DNA of 64,000 nt from assembly GCA_964629655.1 (NCBI GenBank), contig CAZVQU010000001.1, forward strand, positions 612,056-676,055. The letters run 5' to 3'. Of this stretch, positions 57,283-64,000 are shown piece after piece (positions within the stretch are counted from its first letter, which is position 1; each line of letters starts with the position of its first letter). The position numbers and the translations under genes were made by a program. The stretch is from an uncultured Planctomycetia bacterium (GTDB lineage: Bacteria > Omnitrophota > Gorgyraeia > Duberdicusellales > 4484-171). Under the pieces are notes generated by a model. The model was not told the DNA's origin. It searched no databases and was given only the letters and a program-made list of their open reading frames with translations.

Positions 57283-57341
57283 ATTTACCTAACATATTTA
57301 ATATCAAAGAGTTGTAGAAAATAAAAAAAATGGCTGTTTTC

Positions 57342-57370
57342 TTGACGAGCTGCTCTGTTTCAATTATAAT
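57342..57370 (+). promoter_or_regulatory. Sigma70-like promoter upstream of the EF-G paralog
   Basis: TTGACG 57342-57347, a 17-nt spacer, TATAAT 57365-57370. AAAGGAG RBS before the ATG at 57395. Confidence 0.45.
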
Positions 57371-57394
57371 AAAAACTTAAATAAAGGAGCTGCC

Positions 57395-59401
57395 ATGCAG
57401 AGTGATGTAATGAAAAAAAGGACTTTTCTTGTTTGTGGTCATGCCCAATCCGGTAAAACTTCCCTTAGTGAATCCATCCTCTTTAAATCTAAAGCTATTT
57501 CCCGCCTAGGCAAAGTAGACAATGAAACTTCTACTAGCGATTATGAAGATGACGAAAAAAGAAGAAAGAGTTCGATTAATTTATCGGTCTTAGGAGCTGA
57601 CTATAAGGGAAATTCTTTACAATTCATCGATACCCCGGGATATCTTGACTTTATCGGAGAGTTGATAACTAGTGTTCAAGCTGTAGATTTTGCTATTATC
57701 GTGGTCGATGCTATAGAGGGAGTTGGGGTAGGAACAGAGAAAGCCTGGAATATTCTAAAGGAAAAGAATATACCTTGCTTATTTTTTATTAATAAGCTTG
57801 ATAAGGAGAATACTGACTATAAGAAAACTTTAGATGATATAAGAACAAATTTAACTAAGAATGCTGTGAACATGGGCCTTGTCGACGGAAAAAATGTAGT
57901 TAATATTTTAAAAAATAAAGACAAAGATGCTTCAGCTTACAGCAAGATCGTAGAGATGGCTGCTGAAAGCGATGATGCCTTGGTAGAGAAATATCTAGAG
58001 ACCGGAGAATTATCAGAGGCAGAATTTATTCCGGCCCTTAAAAAAGCTATTCTTAATTCTGGAGTTTTTCCGGTAGTCGGGGGAATAGCTACCCAAGAAG
58101 CAGGTGTTGATTGCCTTCTTGATTTGATTGTTGATATTATGCCCTCAGTAGGCGAATCCTTACCTCGGCAGGCTAAGGATAAAGCCTCTCAAGACATAAG
58201 TATTGAGCCTAAGATAGAGGCTCCTTTTTCAGCCCAGGTCTTTAAGACTGTTATTGATCCTTTTGTCGGCCAGCTTACTATTTTTAGAGTATTTTCCGGT
58301 AAGTTGAGCTCTAATAGTGAGTTCTTTAATGCTACTAAGGGCTCAAAAGAGAAGTTTGGCCAGATTTATTTTCTACAAGGCAAGCAGCAGGTAGCCCAGG
58401 AAGCAGTTTCTGCCGGGGATATCGGCGCAGTGGCGAAATTAAAAAGTGCTAAAACTCAGGATACCATTTGTGTATCTTCCCGAGTTGTGGAGTTTCCCAA
58501 GCTGGAGTTTCCTTCTCCGGCTTATTCGGCATCGGTTAAGCCTAAGACCCGTCAGGATGAAGATAAAATATCTTCGGCCTTGCAGCGCCTAACCAGTGAA
58601 GATCCTACTTGCAGCACGTCTCTTGATGCTCAGACTAAAGAGCTTATCATATCCGGTATGGGCGAGTTACATATTAAGGTAATCATCGACAGGATGAAGA
58701 GAAAATATAATGCTAACGTAGAATTAGGTACACCTAAAGTTCCCTACCTTGAAACTCTCACCAAATCAATTCAGGTTTCTTACAAGCATAAAAAACAAAC
58801 CGGAGGCCGTGGCCAGTATGGGGATGTGTCCATAGAAGTAGAACCTTTAGAGAGAGGAAAAAAATTCGAATTCGTTAATAAGATTGTCGGCGGAGCAATC
58901 CCCCGTAATTTTATTCCTTCTGTAGAAAAAGGCTTGCATAGAGCAATGAGCGAAGGATTTATAGCCGGGTATCCAATGGCAGATATACGGGTAACGCTTT
59001 TCGACGGCTCTTACCATCCGGTAGATTCTTCGGATATGGCCTTTCAAATTGCCGCGTCTCATGCTTTAAAGAAAGCTTTTGAGCAAACTGGCGGTGTGTT
59101 GCTGGAGCCGGTTATGAATGTAGAAATAGTTGCCCCTGAAGAAGTTATGGGGCAAATTACCGGAGATATAAATAGCCGGCGAGGTCGGGTGATGGGAATA
59201 GAAGCTAAGGGTAAGAATGAAGTTGTTAAAGCCAGGATTCCTTTAGCCGAGATGTTTAAATATGCTTCAGACCTGCGTTCAGTTACTGGCGGACGAGGCA
59301 GCTATTCAATGAGTTTTTCTAATTATGATATTGTTCCGGCTCGGATTGCTCAAGGGATTGCCGAGAAAGCAAAGCAAGCCAAGCAGGAGAAACATGCCTA
59401 A
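57395..59401 (+). CDS. Elongation factor G-like translational GTPase (EF-G paralog)
   Basis: G1 GHAQSGKTS, G3 DTPGYLDF, G4 NKLD, and EF-G domains II-V. It is 668 aa, slightly shorter than canonical EF-G. Confidence 0.8.
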   Translation: MQSDVMKKRTFLVCGHAQSGKTSLSESILFKSKAISRLGKVDNETSTSDYEDDEKRRKSSINLSVLGADYKGNSLQFIDTPGYLDFIGELITSVQAVDFAIIVVDAIEGVGVGTEKAWNILKEKNIPCLFFINKLDKENTDYKKTLDDIRTNLTKNAVNMGLVDGKNVVNILKNKDKDASAYSKIVEMAAESDDALVEKYLETGELSEAEFIPALKKAILNSGVFPVVGGIATQEAGVDCLLDLIVDIMPSVGESLPRQAKDKASQDISIEPKIEAPFSAQVFKTVIDPFVGQLTIFRVFSGKLSSNSEFFNATKGSKEKFGQIYFLQGKQQVAQEAVSAGDIGAVAKLKSAKTQDTICVSSRVVEFPKLEFPSPAYSASVKPKTRQDEDKISSALQRLTSEDPTCSTSLDAQTKELIISGMGELHIKVIIDRMKRKYNANVELGTPKVPYLETLTKSIQVSYKHKKQTGGRGQYGDVSIEVEPLERGKKFEFVNKIVGGAIPRNFIPSVEKGLHRAMSEGFIAGYPMADIRVTLFDGSYHPVDSSDMAFQIAASHALKKAFEQTGGVLLEPVMNVEIVAPEEVMGQITGDINSRRGRVMGIEAKGKNEVVKARIPLAEMFKYASDLRSVTGGRGSYSMSFSNYDIVPARIAQGIAEKAKQAKQEKHA

Positions 59402-60090
59402 TGAAAATATTTAATCTTGGCCTTGAGATTGAGCCGGGTAAACATGAATATAGACTTGAGGCGGTGGAAAAATTAGTTGAGAAGTTCTCTCCTAAAAAAA
59501 TATCTCCTTACTCGGTTGAATTTATTGACAGTGAGCCTGAAAGCGCTGATGCGATTGTATTTGATCTTAGCAAAAAATTAGACCTTATCCTAATTGATTT
59601 AGAGAAAATAGAGAAGAGACTCTTAAGGGCCGAAGATGAAGCTGAAAAAGTTCTTCTCACTAAGGCACAAAAATTTCTAGAAGAAGAAAAGCTGCTTTTT
59701 GATATTGAGTTTATCCCTGGTGAGGTAGAGACCTTTAAGCTGTTGCAGCTAGTTACTTTCAAACCGTCCTTAGGGGTAGATAAGGTTAGTGATATTGATG
59801 AGCTGATAGGGAAGGTCATTGATAAATCTGACACACTTTTGTTTTTTACCGCCGGCAAAAAGGAAGTTCATGTTTGGAGTATAAAGAAGGGCGAAAATAT
59901 CCTAGAAGCTGCCGGTAAAATCCATAGCGATTTAAAACGGGGGTTTATAAAAGGCGAAATCACTAATTGCAAGGATTTAGATAGTTTTTTTAATATGGCT
60001 GAAGCCCGCTCACGGGGATTCTCAAAAATAGTCGATAGAGATTATATTGTCCAAGAGGGAGATATAATTGATATAAGGTTTAATGTTTAA
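59401..60090 (+). CDS. YchF/OLA1-like protein lacking a functional GTPase P-loop (degenerate G domain). The coiled-coil and TGS-like C-terminus are retained.
   Basis: The C-terminus (LLFFTAGKKEVHVWSIKKGENILEAAGKIHSDLKRGFIKGEI ... DYIVQEGDIIDIRFNV) aligns closely with the YchF TGS domain. The N-terminus reads MKIFNLGLEIEPGKH instead of GLPNVGKST. Confidence 0.6.
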   Translation: MKIFNLGLEIEPGKHEYRLEAVEKLVEKFSPKKISPYSVEFIDSEPESADAIVFDLSKKLDLILIDLEKIEKRLLRAEDEAEKVLLTKAQKFLEEEKLLFDIEFIPGEVETFKLLQLVTFKPSLGVDKVSDIDELIGKVIDKSDTLLFFTAGKKEVHVWSIKKGENILEAAGKIHSDLKRGFIKGEITNCKDLDSFFNMAEARSRGFSKIVDRDYIVQEGDIIDIRFNV

Positions 60091-60092
60091 GT

Positions 60093-61607
60093 ATGTTAAA
60101 AATTAGAAGAGCCTTAATAAGTGTTTGGGATAAAAAAGGAATAGCTGATTTTGCTAAGAAGTTAGCTGAGCTCGGTATTGAGATAGTTTCTACCGGGAAA
60201 ACCGCTACCCTTCTGCGTAGAGCCGGAGTCTCAGTCAAAGATGTCGCGACTTTGACTTCTTTCCCTGAGATACTTTCAGGGAGAGTGAAGACCCTCCACC
60301 CTAAGGTATTCGGAGGTATCCTGGCTAATAAGAAACATCCTTTACATATGGAAGAGATAAGAGGCTTAGGTATCCAGCCGATGGATATGGTAGTGGTTAA
60401 TCTTTATCCTTTTGTTGAGAAGGCAAAAGAGAAGTTAAGTTGGGATGAAATGATAGAATATATAGATATTGGCGGGCCGTCAATAATAAGAGCTGCAGCC
60501 AAGAACTTCAAAAACATTGCTTGTATTAGTGATTCACGACAATATAAGTTGATTTTAGGAGAGCTTCAGAAGAATAAAGGATTTGTGTCCGAGCAAACTT
60601 TAAAAGGTTTAGCCGAGAATGCTTTTTATACTACCAAAGAGTATGATAATGCTATTCATAATTACTTTAAGGGTAAGGACGTCTTTAGCTGGAATCTAGA
60701 AGAAGCCCACTCCTTGCGTTATGGAGAAAATCCTCACCAGAAGGGTGCTTTATTCAAGGTGGTTGATTTTAATAACGTAAAATTTAAACAATTCCAGGGC
60801 AAAGCTTTATCCTATAATAATTTCCTTGATTTAGATACAGCTATGCAGCAGGCAAAAGAGTTCAATGAACCAGCAGCTGTTATCGTTAAACATGCTTCTA
60901 TTTGCGGAGTAGGGGCTGATAAGAAATTAGTTTCAGCCTATAAGAAAGCATACCAGGCTGATAAGATCTCCAGTTTTGGAGGAGTCATTGCTTTAAATAA
61001 AAAGGTAGATAGAGAGACCGCTAGCCAAATCTTAAAGAGTGAATTTAAAGAGTGCGTCATTGCTGTCTCTTATTCCAAAGAAGCCTTGAAGATTTTCTCA
61101 GCTAAGAAGAACCTGCGAGTTCTCGAGGCTGATTTTACTCAAAAGGCAGGCTCTAAAGATATAAAGACTACAATTTTCGGTTATCTTGTTCAGGGCCGGG
61201 ATTCTTTGACCTTGGATAAAAGTAACTTAAAGGTGGTAACTCGCAGGAAGCCTACTCAACGCGAACTCAAAGACCTGATATTTGCTTGGAAGATAGCTAA
61301 GTGGGTAAAGTCTAATGCTATTGTTGTAGCTAAGAATAATTCTGTTTTGGGTATTGGAGGAGGCCAGCCTTCAAGAGTTGGAGCAGTAAAGATAGCTTTA
61401 AGCAAAGCTAAAACATCTCCGCGTTTGGCAGTATTAGCTTCTGATGGATTTTTTCCTAAAGAAGACTCGATAAAGGTTGCTTACAAAAAAGGAATTAAAG
61501 CTATAATCCAGCCCGGAGGTTCGATAAAGGACAAGGATATTATAGAAGCATGTGATAAGCTAGGTATAAGTATGGTTTTCACAGGCATCCGTCACTTCCG
61601 CCACTAA
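60093..61607 (+). CDS. purH: Bifunctional AICAR transformylase / IMP cyclohydrolase
   Basis: MGS-like N-terminus (RALISVWDKKGI) and a C-terminal AICARFT domain. Confidence 0.9.
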   Translation: MLKIRRALISVWDKKGIADFAKKLAELGIEIVSTGKTATLLRRAGVSVKDVATLTSFPEILSGRVKTLHPKVFGGILANKKHPLHMEEIRGLGIQPMDMVVVNLYPFVEKAKEKLSWDEMIEYIDIGGPSIIRAAAKNFKNIACISDSRQYKLILGELQKNKGFVSEQTLKGLAENAFYTTKEYDNAIHNYFKGKDVFSWNLEEAHSLRYGENPHQKGALFKVVDFNNVKFKQFQGKALSYNNFLDLDTAMQQAKEFNEPAAVIVKHASICGVGADKKLVSAYKKAYQADKISSFGGVIALNKKVDRETASQILKSEFKECVIAVSYSKEALKIFSAKKNLRVLEADFTQKAGSKDIKTTIFGYLVQGRDSLTLDKSNLKVVTRRKPTQRELKDLIFAWKIAKWVKSNAIVVAKNNSVLGIGGGQPSRVGAVKIALSKAKTSPRLAVLASDGFFPKEDSIKVAYKKGIKAIIQPGGSIKDKDIIEACDKLGISMVFTGIRHFRH

Positions 61608-61643
61608 ATTTTTCTTTCCCCCAAGTTTACTCACAAGAGGGAT

Positions 61644-62990
61644 ATGATTGATAAATACCAAAAAGCAAAAGGTTATTTAGATTCTTTTCTGGATTACGAG
61701 AAGATTTCCTACTTTCCCTACAAGCGTTCTTTCAATTTAGAAAGAATGCGCATTTTGCTTAAGCATCTAAAGATTCCCTATCAGGAGCTAAAAGTAATTC
61801 ATATCGCTGGTACAAAGGGTAAGGGTTCCACCGCTCACTTCCTAGCTTATTTACTTGCTGCCTCTGGCTTTAGAGCAGGACTGTTTACTTCACCGCATCT
61901 TTTTAATTTCAGGGAAAGAATTCAGATAGTTGAAAATTTAGAGTCTAAAGCCCAAAGCAGTTTGATTTCTAAGAAAGATCTCTGCAAGATTGTTGAAGAA
62001 TTCAGATCTGGCCTAAAGAATTTAGAAACCTTGGCTCAAAATTTAGGCCAGGTAACTTTCTTCGAACTCCTTACTGCTGTTGCCTTTAAGTATTTCCTCC
62101 AGAAGCGTCTAGACTTTGTTATTTTAGAGAGCGGTTTAGGCGGAAGATTAGATTCTACCAACGTGGTTAATCCCTTAGTCAGCATAATCACTCATATCGG
62201 CTATGATCATACTGATAAATTAGGAAAAAAGTTGGCTGAGATTGCTAACGAAAAAGCAGGGATTATAAAGAGAAATACACCTGTAATATGTTCAGTGCAG
62301 CGGCCGTCTTGCCTGGAGGCGATTAAGAATAAATGTAAGAGTAAGGGTGCTCGGCTCCTTCTTCTTGGGCGAGATTTCAAAACCGAGAATATAAGGTTTA
62401 AACAGGAGCATACTTTTTTTAATTTTAGATTCAATAGCTTTGCTTTGGGAGATTTAAAAATTAATCTTAAAGGAGAGCGTCAGGTTGAGAATGCATCTTT
62501 AGCCTTAGCCGCAATCTCCCTTTTAGAGACCAAAGGGATAGTAAGAAAAAAAATAGACTATAAAGGCGGGCTTAAGGCATCTCGTATTCCGGGAAGATTT
62601 GAGGTTGTAAAGAAATCTCCTTTGACTATTGTCGATATTGCTCATAATGTTTCTTCATTCAAAGCTTTAAGGAATAGCCTAGGCAGATACTTTCCGCAAA
62701 AGAAGATTATTTTAATATTTGCCTGTTCTCAAGATAAAGATGCTAAGAATATGCTTAAGGAAATAGACTATTCTTACCTTATCCTTACTCATTTTAATAA
62801 TCCTCGGTCTCAGGAGCCTCTAAAACTTGTAAGAATGGTTAGGCCCGAGAAGGTTTGCCTGGCTGGAAATATAGGAGAAGCTTTGAAGCAGGCTAGGCAA
62901 AAGTATAAACACAATTCGGCTATTGTTATTAGTGGTTCTTTATTCTTGGTAAGTGAGGCTATCGAGCTCTTACGATTACAAGGCAATTAA
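61644..62990 (+). CDS. folC: Folylpolyglutamate synthase / dihydrofolate synthase
   Basis: Mur-ligase P-loop IHIAGTKGKGST, plus the central and C-terminal Mur ligase domains. Confidence 0.85.
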   Translation: MIDKYQKAKGYLDSFLDYEKISYFPYKRSFNLERMRILLKHLKIPYQELKVIHIAGTKGKGSTAHFLAYLLAASGFRAGLFTSPHLFNFRERIQIVENLESKAQSSLISKKDLCKIVEEFRSGLKNLETLAQNLGQVTFFELLTAVAFKYFLQKRLDFVILESGLGGRLDSTNVVNPLVSIITHIGYDHTDKLGKKLAEIANEKAGIIKRNTPVICSVQRPSCLEAIKNKCKSKGARLLLLGRDFKTENIRFKQEHTFFNFRFNSFALGDLKINLKGERQVENASLALAAISLLETKGIVRKKIDYKGGLKASRIPGRFEVVKKSPLTIVDIAHNVSSFKALRNSLGRYFPQKKIILIFACSQDKDAKNMLKEIDYSYLILTHFNNPRSQEPLKLVRMVRPEKVCLAGNIGEALKQARQKYKHNSAIVISGSLFLVSEAIELLRLQGN

Positions 62991-63038
62991 ACAAAAGAGA
63001 CTGGATTTTTTAGTAATTACCTATAAAATACTCTTACT

Positions 63039-64000
63039 ATGAGTGAATTTAGATTAAAGGATTACAAGTTAGGGGATACCATTGCTGCTATTGCTACTTT
63101 TCCCGGAAAATCTGCTTTAGGAGTAGTTAAGGTTTCCGGCCTCAAGGCATTGGCAATCGCATCTAAGATATTTAAGCCCCAGAGAAAGAAGAATATTAGG
63201 CAGGTAAAGACCCATACTCTTCACTATGGATGGATTGTAGATAAGCCTAAAATTTGTTTGGCAAAGCCTCGGTGTAGGCAGACCCCGGCGGGGAAGGAAA
63301 AAACAGTAGATGAGGTTCTATTAAGTGTTATGCGCAAGCCTTCCACTTACACTAAAGAAGATGTTATTGAAATCTCTTCTCACGGAGGAGTAGCAGTATT
63401 AAATAAGATTTTAGAGTTAGTATTAAAGCAAGGGGCTCGGCTGGCTCTACCCGGTGAGTTTACTTACCGGGCTTTGCTCGGGGGAAGAATTGACCTTCTC
63501 CAAGCCGAGAGCATTCGAGGAATCGTTGATGCTAAGAGCGAAAATGCCCTTGCTTTGGCTTCTTCGCAATTAAGAGGCCAAGCAACTTTAAAGCTAAAGC
63601 AATTAAAGAGTGAGTTAAAAGAATTGTTCGTTCAAACTGAGAGTGTGATAAATTTCCCTGAGGATGATGTTGATATTTCTTCTTTGAACTTAGAGATGAG
63701 AGTAGAAGCCCTGGCTAAGGAAGTAGATGATCTTACCGAAGGCAGCCGGGAAGCAGAGATTATGCGTGAGGGGTTTAAATGTGTTATTTGCGGTAAGGCT
63801 AATGTCGGCAAATCTACCCTGTTTAATCGGCTGCTTAAAGAAGAGAGAGTTATAGTTAGTAGATTTTCCGGCACTACCCGTGATGTTGTTGAAGAGACTA
63901 TAAATATAAGGGGAGTTCCTTTGCGGATTTACGATACTGCCGGAATCATTGAACCCAAAGATTTAATCACTAAGAAAGCTTTAAAAAAGGCCTTAAGAAT
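63039..64000 (+). CDS. mnmE: tRNA modification GTPase MnmE, 3'-truncated by the window end
   Basis: The N-terminal domain ([15 protein letters not shown]...ISSHGG), a helical domain, and the G domain start ([22 protein letters not shown]). The frame is open to the window edge. Confidence 0.85.
   Translation, partial: MSEFRLKDYKLGDTIAAIATFPGKSALGVVKVSGLKALAIASKIFKPQRKKNIRQVKTHTLHYGWIVDKPKICLAKPRCRQTPAGKEKTVDEVLLSVMRKPSTYTKEDVIEISSHGGVAVLNKILELVLKQGARLALPGEFTYRALLGGRIDLLQAESIRGIVDAKSENALALASSQLRGQATLKLKQLKSELKELFVQTESVINFPEDDVDISSLNLEMRVEALAKEVDDLTEGSREAEIMREGFKCVICGKANVGKSTLFNRLLKEERVIVSRFSGTTRDVVEETINIRGVPLRIYDTAGIIEPKDLITKKALKKALR

Noticed and set aside
1-64000. CRISPR arrays, IS elements, integrases, rRNA
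   Set aside because: No direct-repeat/spacer periodicity and no transposase-, integrase- or rRNA-like sequence were seen anywhere in the window.

Overview
This is a densely coded bacterial window, AT-rich (roughly 38-40% GC by eye). Almost all genes lie on the + strand in tightly packed, often overlapping operons, and many of them use GTG or TTG starts. I found no rRNA, tRNA, CRISPR array or obvious mobile element. The gene content points to a Gram-negative anaerobe. Modules in order along the window: (1) a thioredoxin-CcdA fusion next to a radical SAM enzyme; (2) an assimilatory sulfur and siroheme operon (DUF2061, APS reductase, sirC, hemA, a short hemC, cobA, hemB, hemL, a small siroheme sulfite reductase); (3) an Rrf2 regulator followed by a sulfide-dependent biosynthesis island (Fe-S ThiI-like PP-loop protein, CysK, a COG1900/DUF39 plus NIL-ferredoxin pair for homocysteine, a ThiS/MoaD-GG carrier, a ThiF/MoeB E1, Thi4); (4) a CsoR repressor with a textbook-looking operator, heading an operon of an outer-membrane barrel, an FMN-binding-like protein, an OB-type lipoprotein, an FtsX permease and two ABC ATPases; (5) birA and a complete bioBFHCDA operon; (6) fur, feoB and a DtxR-FeoA repressor; (7) a compatible-solute island (beta-PGM fused to trehalose-6-P phosphatase, two GH65 phosphorylases, MscS, a GT4 transferase) followed by GTP-PEPCK; (8) purC, etfBA, smc and a convergent GAF-GGDEF; (9) an unrecognised two-gene module (a large protein with an HD domain plus a kinase-like protein); (10) queA, an EF-G paralog, a P-loop-less YchF-like protein, purH, folC and the start of mnmE. 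The most unusual candidates are the CsoR-controlled ABC/FMN/porin operon, the HD plus kinase-like pair, the thiocarboxylate/COG1900 sulfur island and the GH65-based trehalose route.
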